Of a stretch of DNA of 64,000 nt, positions 43,765 to 53,861 are shown in pieces (the first letter of the stretch is position 1; the number at the start of each line of letters is the position of its first letter). Below the pieces are notes generated by a model. The model did not search any database, was not told the origin of the DNA, and worked only from the letters and a program-made list of their open reading frames with translations. Source of the DNA: Atribacterota bacterium (lineage in GTDB: Bacteria > Atribacterota > Phoenicimicrobiia > Phoenicimicrobiales > Stramentimicrobiaceae). The translations under genes and the position numbers were made by a program. Location: positions 1 through 64,000 of the forward strand of contig JAXGNR010000009.1 in assembly GCA_040767965.1 (NCBI GenBank), read 5' to 3'.

Positions 43765-44212
43765 GTTCAGTATTTATTTGGAAAAATTTCCCCCACGGTA
43801 AAGATGGTACCATTAAAGATAGATATTTTGTATATGTTGGAGAAAGCCATTTCCCCGTTAACCCTGTACATATATTTTTAATTACTACAACAACTAGAAA
43901 AATGTATTATGCAACAGGTGGTTCTAGAGAAAAGCATAATATTTACAAGTTTAAAGCTGGTTCTTTTGGTTTTGTGGAAGATTGTATTTTAGATATTGAT
44001 TTTCTTCAATCTAATATAAAAAAAAGTGCTTTTGACTCCTGTCAAAATGAAATAAAAGAGGTTGGTAAACTTCCGGAGAAAGAATTGAAAGAAATATAAT
44101 ATATAATTTAATATTAAAATCTAAATACATAAACTTAAAGGCTAAACAAGATATTTATATTAGCTATAACCACGCAAATATAATAGGTCTAAAGAGACCA
44201 AAAAGAAAATAA
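43755..44212 (+). pseudogene. Putative toxin partner (possibly PemK/MazF-like), interrupted by a 5-bp duplication at 44093-44102
   Basis: Overlaps the antitoxin stop. G.VF...FP......K.R.....V....TTT pattern. Removing one AATAT copy extends the ORF with YNLILKSK...KRPKRK* to 44212. Confidence 0.5.
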
Positions 44213-44649
44213 ATAAAAAAGAATAAGTAAATAATGGAATCAGATACTGTCTTGAAAATCAACTCAAAACTATTCTTTAAGGATACGAAGAAATGTCCCC
44301 TGTATCGATTCTTTTTAGCTAGATGATAGATATTTTACTCTCTTACCGGAAATGTTTTAATAACTTAATACTATCTTCTTTCTTAGAGCTAGTGCTGTAT
44401 AAGATGATTATAGCTGGTAATTTGAGCAAATTAATTAAACATGGATATCTTCTTCTCTTTTTTGAAGATTTCTAGTATTGCTATTAATTGCTTGTTTAAC
44501 ATCTCCTTACCCTCCCTGCCATAGTAAAGAGCTTTGTTCTCTCAATATAGAGGGGAGAAATCCCCTATAATTAAAATAATTTAGAGTACTTTTGCGTTTG
44601 AGGTATCGATAAAACTTGGAATACTTTTTTGATGAGGCAATTCAATATT

Positions 44650-44678
44650 TTGACATATTATTTAAACCATAATAAAAT
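44650..44678 (+). promoter_or_regulatory. Sigma70-type promoter for rnfD-rnfC
   Basis: TTGACA-17 nt-TAAAAT. Confidence 0.6.
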
Positions 44679-44801
44679 TGTAGCCATAAATAACTACATA
44701 ATTATAGATATATTTACAAAAAAGAATCAAAATTAAGAAAAACATGGATACAGAGAACCGTTTCCTGTATCCTTCCTCAAAAATGTGAAGGAGGATTAAA
44801 C

Positions 44802-45818
44802 ATGGATATGCTTAAAGATAGCAGATATAATTTGAAGCCGGAGTTTCCGCCGCATCTGTCTCTTGGAGTAAGCAAGGAAAAATTCATGCTGAAAACATGT
44901 GCAATCATGTCCATTCCATTGATCCTGGGGGTACTTGCAATTGGATGGCAAGCGCTTTGGCAGATCCTTATATCTTCCGGAACGGTTTTGATCCTGCATA
45001 CTTTAATACAGTTTTGGGAAAGTCAGACAGAACGCCGTGTTTCATATCCTACACCTGCATCACCGTTGGTACTGGCCTTGATAGTAGGTTTGAGTATGCC
45101 GGCTTCATCGCCATATACTGTGACTGTCGGAGTGGCTGCACTGGCTATGGTGATATTTAAATATTTACAAGGAAGAATTTTTACGCGCAAATTTGTAAAT
45201 CCTGCTGCTGCTGCAAAAGCGGTGTTGTTGACAATGCTTTCACTTATGATATTTTTTGAAAATCCCCTTCGGGTAGGCATGCTCTACCATCCCCATCACT
45301 TGAATCTGGATTTGTTGTCTTCAGCTGGATTTGCTAGTGCGATTTCATTCTATGAAACTGATACTTTGACGGCTGTGCAGAGCCTGATCTTTTGGAAAAC
45401 CCACGGTTGGATTGGTGGCGCTTCCGGGCTGGGAACGCTTGTTGCGGGAATAATAGCCTGTTTCTGGATTAGACTTAAATGACGCATTCCCTTAGCTTTT
45501 CTTTCAGTAATGACTGTACTTTCAACAGGAATGGGGCTTTTTACGGGAGGAGATCCTCTATCGCGTATTGCCCTGCATGTCTTTACCGGAAGTACTATTT
45601 TTCTGGCGTTTTTTATGGCTACCGAGCCTCAATCTACACCAATGCCGGAAAAAAGTCAGTACCTATTTGGTATCTCTTTAGCTGTACTTACTTTTGTTTT
45701 ACAGCTGGCAGGAGTACTGGGTGGGTCTATTATTGCCCTGGTAATTTTAAATTTATTCACTCCCTGGTTAGATAAAATTGGTCATAAAAGAGCTATAGGT
45801 ATGAAAGGAGGCAAGTAG
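44802..45818 (+). CDS. rnfD: RnfD/NqrB-family membrane protein with in-frame TGA at 45480-45482 (conserved Trp position)
   Basis: ORFs 44802-45482 and 45510-45818 share a frame: RLK*RIPLAFL (usual xWRIP). FVNPA and AFFMATEP..TP motifs. Confidence 0.75.
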
Positions 45819-45819
45819 T

Positions 45820-47106
45820 ATGCGCAGGTATTATGAAGAAAAACAAGGCTTCAGGATTGATGCTAAAATGAAGTTAGGCCTGGAACAAAATGCCTTCGAA
45901 GTAATTCCAACACCTCCGGCGATAATAGTTTTCCTGGATCAACATGTTGGATTTCCTGGAAAGCCGCTGGTAAAAGAAGGAGACCGAGTCTTAACGGGCC
46001 AAAAAATATCTGATGGCGAGAAAAAGCTCACATTACCTGTGCACAGTCCTATTACCGGTAGGGTGACCGGATTTGTTGAACTACGCCATCCTATTTCAGG
46101 AAAATTGAAGCACGCTGTAGCTATCGAAGCAGAAGGAGAAGAAGAGTGGATTCTTATGAAGCAGTATCCAAACTTTAAATCTTTAAGTAACCAGGAGATA
46201 ATCAAACGAGTGCGGGAAGCCGGAATAGTAGGACTGGGTGGGGCTGCTTTTCCAACATATATGAAATTATCCAGAGGATCTGATGTGGATCATCTGATTA
46301 TAAATGCTAAAGAAAGTGATCCCAACCTTGCCTGTGATATTCGGTTGGCTCTTGAACAACCTGAAGAATTGATTAATGGGATCGAGATTATGGCTCGCGC
46401 TCTGGAGGTAGAGAAAGTTACTTTTGCTACCAGAACTGAAGAAGGTGAACTCCTTCAATTTGAAAAGCTTTTAAAAGAGCGAGGAATAAAAATTGCTCAT
46501 ATCAGACCTTCGTATTCGATAGGTAGTGAACGTCTGCTGGTACGTGAATTGTTGGGCAGAGAGGTGCCAGTCGATCAATACCCTCCGGATGTTGGTGTTG
46601 TGGTGCATAATGTGGCCACCTGTTTTGCAACCAGTGAAGCTGTTATTAAAGGTAAACCTCTTATTTCCAGAGGTATAACTTTTTATTCCAGTAAAACCGG
46701 AGGAAGAAACTTATGGGTAAGAATGGGCACTCCAATTGAACATATTCTGAACTACATGAATATTTCTTCTGAGAACATAGATCGGGTTATCCTGGGATCA
46801 ATAATGATGGGCAAAGGCGCACCTGATTTAAAAACACCCATGCTTAAGTGTTTTGCTGGCGTGGTAGCATTAACTTCCGATGAACATAGTTTATATAAAA
46901 ACCCATCTCCGTGTATACGCTGTGGTTATTGTGATTCGATTTGTCCTGTGAATATTTATCCATCTTTGCTTCTGGAAGCATTGGAAAAAGGCAGGACTGA
47001 GATCCTTGATTCTCTTAATATTAACTCATGTATAGACTGCAATCTTTGTTCTTATGTATGCCCTTCTTCAATCAGAGTCAACCCCAAACAAAGAATGATG
47101 GGATAA
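45820..47106 (+). CDS. rnfC: RnfC-like flavo-iron-sulfur subunit
   Basis: QHVG.P..P.VKEGD.V..GQ, VHSPITG, GIVGLGGAAFPT, VVHNVAT, CIRCGYCDSICP and CIDCNLCSYVCP. Confidence 0.88.
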   Translation: MRRYYEEKQGFRIDAKMKLGLEQNAFEVIPTPPAIIVFLDQHVGFPGKPLVKEGDRVLTGQKISDGEKKLTLPVHSPITGRVTGFVELRHPISGKLKHAVAIEAEGEEEWILMKQYPNFKSLSNQEIIKRVREAGIVGLGGAAFPTYMKLSRGSDVDHLIINAKESDPNLACDIRLALEQPEELINGIEIMARALEVEKVTFATRTEEGELLQFEKLLKERGIKIAHIRPSYSIGSERLLVRELLGREVPVDQYPPDVGVVVHNVATCFATSEAVIKGKPLISRGITFYSSKTGGRNLWVRMGTPIEHILNYMNISSENIDRVILGSIMMGKGAPDLKTPMLKCFAGVVALTSDEHSLYKNPSPCIRCGYCDSICPVNIYPSLLLEALEKGRTEILDSLNINSCIDCNLCSYVCPSSIRVNPKQRMMG

Positions 47107-47485
47107 CTAACCGATTCTCCTTTTATTAAATTCTTAGAAAAATTTTATTTTTATAAATAATTGATTTTTTAAAATAAAGAGAGTATATTGAAAACAATAA
47201 TATATAACTATTAAATCATTAGCAATAGTTTAAATAATTATTAAAATATAAAACTTTATATAGCATCATAATGTCTGTAATTAAACTGTTAAATATAAAG
47301 ATAAAGACATATCTAAGTTTATTTATAGTTTAACTACGATATAAAGAAGATAACCATATGTTTCATTTATTAAGAAAACTACACTATTAGATTAGCAAGA
47401 AAAATAAGTTAATGTTATGAATTCCCAATTCAAATTTAGAGCATATTTTAAGAAATAGGAGGGTTTGCCTATTTAAAAAAGCTCT

Positions 47486-47581
47486 AAGCCGAGAAAGGTA
47501 AACCATCGGTAACGATGGGACGCAAAGTCAAGGGTCCCGCCTCAACTAATCCCCTCAATGGGACTGCCAGACTATCTGCTT
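47486..47581 (+). ncRNA. Cyclic di-GMP-I (GEMM) riboswitch, variant
   Basis: GGTAAAC-CATCG-GTAA-CGATGG-GACGCAAAG-TC..GGGTCCC...GGGAC.GCC.GAC consensus architecture with a GNRA loop, located 5' of a surface protein gene. Confidence 0.88.
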
Positions 47582-47710
47582 ACTGCACCATGTTTATTTA
47601 TGATTCGAAAAGATAAATCATATTCAAACTAAACCCATTACAGCCATATTCTATGATGAACAATTATTTAATAATATTAAAGCATGTTATATAAAAAAGG
47701 AGGCTATTTA

Positions 47711-49919
47711 ATGAAATTAAGTAAAAAACTGGTTTCTGTTAGCATGTTTTTATTGATTTTATTATTTCTGTCGAGCTGCGGAATTATACCGCAAACACCT
47801 GAAGGAAAGATTTCCGGCCGGGTACTGATTCCCCTATTTGAAATGTCTAAGGATGTTAGCGGATGGATTCCCACAGCCAATGCCGTAGTCACTATTGTTG
47901 ATGCTTCTGGAGTAACCCATACAACAACTACTGATGAGGAAGGTTATTATAATTTTGAAGATATTACAGTCAATCCAAATACAGTTATTACTGCATCAGT
48001 CACTGTAGATGAAAATATTGTCATACTTAAAAATGTAATACCCCATGCAGTCACAGCAGGTGAAGACTATAATGCCGGTGAAATGACTCCTGAATCAACA
48101 GCATTGGCTCTGGTGGTAGAAGAACTCCTGGCAGAAGGCATGGATCCGGAAGATATTGACCATGAAGAGATAGAATCAAATGATAATTTTTCAGATTTAG
48201 TAGAAAAAATTACTGAAGTACTAGAAGAGGGAGGAGATGTAACTACAGATCCTGATATTGTTGATATAATAAACGACATTATCAACCCACCTGTACCTCC
48301 CTTCGCCACCATCACCTTCTCCAACTACAAAATTACCGATCTATAACCAGACTCAGAAGACATATCATGATACTATCCAGAAGGCGATCGATGCATCCGG
48401 TAGTGGTGATATCATTATTGTCTCTAAAGGAACTATATAATGAAAACATTGTTATTGATAACAAAAACATAACCCTGAAAGCTCCGACCCTGCAGATTCC
48501 GTTGTTGTGGCTGCCACCATCATAGACGGACAGGACTTGAATTCGGTGATAAAGATCCTAAACGGAGACAAATCAAACCTGGAGGGATTTACCATCCAGA
48601 ATGGAAATGAACCTGATTATGGAGGTGGGGGTATCTTTATCCGGCAGTTCTCCTGTGATCAGATACAACATTATTGGGGATAATATTGATGATGATATTG
48701 ACACAGGGAATTTTGGAGATTGTGGTGGTGGAATTGGTGTTGTTGAATATAGTGAAACACCACATATTTATGAAAACATTATTATTGGCAACTCAGCAGA
48801 CTATGGCGGCGGAATGTATATAGATTATGGTTCTCCTCTTGTTGAAAATAATACGATTAAAGAAAATACCAGTAAGTACGACGGCGGAGGAATTACAGTG
48901 TTTTTCAGCAAGGAAGAGGAATATTGCCCAACCATCAGGGATAATACTATTGAATATAATGTGGCAGATAATGGTGGTGGAATTGCTGTGGATGATTTAG
49001 GGATGCTATAATTGAAAATAACGGAATCAACAACAACGAAGCAATTTTTGGTGGAGGGATTTATGTTTATTACAAAGCTGATGCAGATATAAAAGGAAAT
49101 AATATTATTGAAAACAATAAGGCAGGATATGATGGTGGAGGTATTTATATTGATTCAGATGGCATCATCACTATTACCTCAAATACTATCAATAACAATG
49201 TAGCAAATATTGCTTCAGGTTCTTACTCCGGTGGAGGAATTTATGTGAATGAAACATTCATGGCGACAACTCCCACAATTGGGGGTACGACGGGAATTGA
49301 TACTGATAATTTTAACATTATCTGTGGTAACAGCCCTGACCAGGTGGATCCTGATGATTATCCTAATAATTATTATTATACAATTGGCGATACAGGACCT
49401 GCTGGTGGGATCATCTTCTATATTGATGAAGCGAGACAGTTTGATTGGACTTATCTTGAATGTGCACCCTATGGCTGGTATGATGGAGGAGAGGATCCAA
49501 TACTGGCTTGGGGACCATGGGATGGAACCTCGGGATCACCTGGAGATGGTGTAGGAACAGGGATTTATGATTATGAATCGGATCTTGGGCTGGGGGAGGC
49601 AAATACCACCCTCATTCTTGCTGAAACTGGAACATTCCCAGCTGCTGAAGCAGCAGCTGCATATACAGGTGGTAGCCAAACAGACTGGTTTCTGCCCTCG
49701 AAATCTGAATTGAGTCTGATGTATTCCAATCTGTATCTGGCAGGATTGGGAGGATTTTCTGATGATTCCACTAATCCACAAGATTTCTATTGGTCTTCTG
49801 CAGAAACTTCTCCTAACTCGGAATGGAAATTAGCTTGGACTAATTGTTTTGCAAGTGCAGGGCTTGGAGGATTCGATAAGACTTTGTCTTTTCGTGTTAG
49901 ACCAATCCGAGCTTTTTAG
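47711..49919 (+). CDS. Large surface lipoprotein: carboxypeptidase-regulatory-like domain, Pro-rich linker, parallel beta-helix repeats, C-terminal DUF1566/C-type-lectin-like domain (frameshifted)
   Basis: Lipobox FLSSC, TTTDEEGYYNF, TIQKAID and repeated N.A..GGGI, then IGDTGPAGGIIFY...WFLPSKSEL...YWSS.E...VRPIRAF*. Fragments are joined across at least three indels. Confidence 0.75.
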
Positions 49920-49932
49920 CGATTATTGTTTA

Positions 49933-49999
49933 ATAGCATAAGAAAAAGAGAAGGGAAGATATGATTATCTCTTACTTCCCTTCCCTTTTCCTATGCTAT
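49933..49999 (+). terminator. Long imperfect hairpin after the lipoprotein gene
   Basis: atagcata.gaaaa.g.gaagggaag / cttcccttc.cttttc.tatgctat followed by a T-rich run. Confidence 0.65.
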
Positions 50000-50166
50000 A
50001 TTCTTTTTATTCATTTCAAATTTTCTTTTTTGGTTAGTGCAATTATAGATGTTTTAGCAAGTTTAAGATAATTTAAAAAATGCAAATATAGAAACGAAGA
50101 AAAATGCAATGTATTTTTTCCTCACTACAATGATATAATGGAAAAAAATAAAAAAGGCAGGTATTT

Positions 50167-50523
50167 ATGGAAAGAGAAAAAATTAATCAGGAAAAGTTGA
50201 TTGTATTATGGACTAGTGCTGATAAAGAAGTAGCATTGAATATGGTTTTTATGTATACGCTGAATTCTAAAAAGAGACAATGGTGGAAAGAAGTTGACTT
50301 AATCGTGTGGGGTCCTTCAGCAAAGTTATTAACTGAAGACAAGGAATTACAAGATTATATCTTAAGAATGAAAGAAGAAGGCGTTATATTAGAAGCCTGT
50401 AAAACCTGTGCTGACAATTATGGTGTAGCCAGACAGCTGGAAGAATTGGGAATTGATGTGAAATTAATGGGAATGCCCTTGACCGAATATCTGAAACAGG
50501 GATATCGGGTTATAACTTTCTAA
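50167..50523 (+). CDS. DsrE family protein
   Basis: VLWTS, MYTLNS, LIVWGPS, EACKTCAD. Confidence 0.85.
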   Translation: MEREKINQEKLIVLWTSADKEVALNMVFMYTLNSKKRQWWKEVDLIVWGPSAKLLTEDKELQDYILRMKEEGVILEACKTCADNYGVARQLEELGIDVKLMGMPLTEYLKQGYRVITF

Positions 50524-51038
50524 TACTACTTATTCATTATTTGATCTAAAAACTTAATAGAGAGATTAACTTCTAGCCCCTAATTAATATTACAACAGAT
50601 GAAAAACCATATGGTAGTCATATTGCTGCTGAATATTTAGAAGCTGTAAGAATAGACAGATATATAAAAATATAAGGTGTCATTTTGGATTTTCACTATC
50701 CTAATATTATCCCATTTGCATCGATACACTTTATAATAACTTTTAAGAAGTATGAAGTATAGTAAGAAATAAATAAATTTCAGCAAATCATTGATAATGA
50801 AGATTATAAAAAATATAACAAAATTATTGATTCAGTAACCTATGCGGATATTACTTTTGTAATAGGACTTGCAATATTTTTTCTCATTCTCTCTAAAAAG
50901 AAATTATCAAATTAAATTAAATAGCCTTTTATATATAATCGCTTTTTATTTTTACTTGTAAATATATATAATTTCTCCTATTTTGAAACAGGAAGAGTAT
51001 TCACAAATTGTTGGTATGAACTGTCTTTTTTCGTTTTT

Positions 51039-51067
51039 TTGACATTGATTTGTAATGGAATTATAAT
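51039..51067 (+). promoter_or_regulatory. Consensus sigma70 promoter
   Basis: TTGACA-17 nt-TATAAT upstream of the radical SAM gene. Confidence 0.7.
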
Positions 51068-51245
51068 ATAGTACAAAATAAACCACTACAAAGTAATCCT
51101 TACAAAAATTTCTAGCCAATAAATAAATCAGAAACAGAGCAATCATCAAAAATCCCAGGAATTCTTATTTTTAAAATAAGATTTTTGGAACTGTTTTTTG
51201 AAAAAAGTTATCTTGAGCTGTCAGGATAATGAAGGAGGTTCTGTA

Positions 51246-52751
51246 ATGAAAGTTTTATTTGTTTATCCTGCTTATCCGGAGACTTTCTGGAGTTACAAAT
51301 ATGCTCTCAGGTTTGTTTCTAAAAAAGCAGGTTTGCCACCATTAGGGCTATTAACTGTAGCTGCCTTGCTTCCATCCTGGTGGGAGAAAAAATTAATTGA
51401 TCTTTCTGCTGGAGATATACTGGAAGATAAAGATATCCAATGGGCAGATTATGTTTTTATCGGTGCCATGTCTGTTCAGAGAAAAACTGCCAGTGAGTTG
51501 ATTAAAAGATGTAAACAGCTGGAAGCAACAATTGTGGCAGGAGGTCCCCTTTTTACAACTTCTCCTCAAGATTTTGAGCAGGTTGATTATCTGATTTTAA
51601 ATGAAGCAGAAATTACCCTTCCAGAATTTCTGAAGGATTTAAAAGAAGGTCATCCCAGAAGAATTTACTCCACTAATAAAAAAGCAGATTTAAACGATTC
51701 ACCCATTCCTGCCTGGGAATTAGTTGATAATTTAAGAAAGTACAATACTTTGTGTTTTCAATATTCCCGAGGGTGCCCCTTTAATTGTGATTTTTGTGAT
51801 GTTACCCTGCTTTTCGGTCATAAAGTAAGAACAAAATCTGTTCAACAACTTATTAAAGAATTGGATAAACTTTATCAGCTGGGTTGGCGGGAGGGTGTTT
51901 TTGTAGTTGATGATAACTTCATTGCCAATAAACAAAAATTAAGAGATGAGATCTTACCAGGATTAATTCAATGGAATAAAGAGAAGAAATATTGTTTTTC
52001 TTTTGGAACACAAGCCTCAATTAACATTGCTGATGAGGAAGATCTGATGGTAATGATGACTGATGCAGGATTTAGCTCGGTATTTATAGGAATAGAGACA
52101 CCTCATGAAGAGAGTCTGCAGGAATGCCATAAAAGTCAGAACAGAAATAGGAATCTTATTGAATCTATTCATAAAGTGCAGCAGCATGGAATGCAGGTCA
52201 CAGGAGGTTTTATCGTGGGGTTTGACCACGATCCTCCTCATATCTTTGATGAGATGATTCATTTTATTCAAAAAAGCGGGATTGTGACTGCAATGGTCGG
52301 ATTGCTGAATGCACCGATCGGAACCAGATTGTATCATCGTTTAATGAAAGAAAAACGTTTTTTAAGATATTCCACTGGAAGCAATACTGATTTTACCATC
52401 AATTTTATACCAAAAATGGATTATCAGGAATTATTAAAAGGATATCAAAAAATACTCTGCACCATTTATTCTCCAAAGTATTATTATAAAAGAGTTTTGT
52501 TTCTTATTAAAAATTTAGATATTAAAAATTTCCAGATTAAGGCCAGCCGTTTTCGCTGGATTTATCTGATGGCCTTCTTCAGATCGATCTGGCATTTGGG
52601 AATAAAAGAAAGAGGCAGAATATATTACTGGAAAACATTTTTCTGGACACTTTTTTACAGGCCTAAGCTTTTTCCAATAGCAATCAGCTATTCTATAACA
52701 GGATTTCATTTTCGTAAGATATTCAATTTAGATAACAAAAAAATGGCTTAG
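51246..52751 (+). CDS. B12-binding radical SAM protein (DUF4070 C-terminus)
   Basis: GAAGGAGG RBS before ATG 51246, PPLGLLTVAA, SRGCPFNCDFC, DDNF, GIETP. Confidence 0.9.
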   Translation: MKVLFVYPAYPETFWSYKYALRFVSKKAGLPPLGLLTVAALLPSWWEKKLIDLSAGDILEDKDIQWADYVFIGAMSVQRKTASELIKRCKQLEATIVAGGPLFTTSPQDFEQVDYLILNEAEITLPEFLKDLKEGHPRRIYSTNKKADLNDSPIPAWELVDNLRKYNTLCFQYSRGCPFNCDFCDVTLLFGHKVRTKSVQQLIKELDKLYQLGWREGVFVVDDNFIANKQKLRDEILPGLIQWNKEKKYCFSFGTQASINIADEEDLMVMMTDAGFSSVFIGIETPHEESLQECHKSQNRNRNLIESIHKVQQHGMQVTGGFIVGFDHDPPHIFDEMIHFIQKSGIVTAMVGLLNAPIGTRLYHRLMKEKRFLRYSTGSNTDFTINFIPKMDYQELLKGYQKILCTIYSPKYYYKRVLFLIKNLDIKNFQIKASRFRWIYLMAFFRSIWHLGIKERGRIYYWKTFFWTLFYRPKLFPIAISYSITGFHFRKIFNLDNKKMA

Positions 52752-53016
52752 AAAGAGATTATCAAATTATATTCAGCTGAAACCTGTTTTTCCTGCTCTT
52801 ATTATTTATGTTACCCAATTTATATATCTATGAAGTAAATATTAGTATATTATTGTTCAAAATAAATTATTTTATATCATATTCTTTCTACTTTTTCTTA
52901 TAAAAAATGCAATAATCAAAAAGTCAAAGATAAAAATAAAATTGACCTTTCAAAACATGAAGATATAAAATAAGCATAGAAAAGGAAAAAATTTTCGCAT
53001 AAAAGGAGAAAATGAA

Positions 53017-53832
53017 ATGGTGAAAGTAGCAGTTGTGCAGATCAGCTCAGCTGGGACGGCTAAAGAAAGCCTAAATAATATGATATTCAATATTGAAGAA
53101 GCTGCAAGAAAAAGTAAAGATCTGGATGTTATTGTGTTTCCAGAATATTGTTATTATCATCCAACAAATAGTTCAGAATCTGATAAAAACGGAGAATATG
53201 TTCCAGGTGCTTTTACAGAGAAAATTAGTGAGCTTGCCAGGAGATATCAGGTAAATATTATTCCAGGAAGCTTTGTAGAAAAAGAGAAGAGCGGTAAGGT
53301 TTACAATACGAGCGTTTTTATTAATAGAGAAGGTAAGATTCTCGGGAAATATCAAAAAATCCATCTTTTTGATGCAATTAATATTAAAGAATCCGATAAA
53401 GTAAAAGCGGGAGAAAAAATATGTGTCATTGAGACGGATATTGGGAAAATAGGGATAATGGTTTGTTATGATCTGCGTTTTCCAGAACTTGCAAGAAGTA
53501 TGGTTTTAAAAGGAGCAGATATTTTATTTGTGCCATCAGATTTTCCTACAGGAAGCGTTCTTCCTCCAAGAACTGATCATTGGGATATCTTAGTAAGAAG
53601 TACTGCTTTGTATAATTTAACTTATGTGGTAGCAGCTAATCAATATGGTATGCTGCATGGGAGTTATCCCTTCGGACGTTCCTGTATAGTTGACCCTTGG
53701 GGAACAGTTATTTCATCAGCAAGTGGAAGAAATGAAATAATATTTGCCAACCTTGATATGGATTATCAAAAAGAAGTCAGAGAAAGTGTTGCAACCTGGT
53801 CAAACAGAAAACCGGAAATTTATGAATTATAG
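53017..53832 (+). CDS. Carbon-nitrogen hydrolase (Nit/amidase family)
   Basis: Catalytic triad contexts FPEY, YQKIHLFD, VCYDLRFPE. Confidence 0.92.
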   Translation: MVKVAVVQISSAGTAKESLNNMIFNIEEAARKSKDLDVIVFPEYCYYHPTNSSESDKNGEYVPGAFTEKISELARRYQVNIIPGSFVEKEKSGKVYNTSVFINREGKILGKYQKIHLFDAINIKESDKVKAGEKICVIETDIGKIGIMVCYDLRFPELARSMVLKGADILFVPSDFPTGSVLPPRTDHWDILVRSTALYNLTYVVAANQYGMLHGSYPFGRSCIVDPWGTVISSASGRNEIIFANLDMDYQKEVRESVATWSNRKPEIYEL

Positions 53833-53861
53833 AAATCAGATATAATTCATAAAGAAGAAAA

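Noticed and set aside
50530-51150. Coding-like fragments and a 65-aa minus-strand ORF between dsrE and the radical SAM gene
   Set aside because: Interrupted, no recognisable family, and the minus ORF overlaps a consensus plus-strand promoter.
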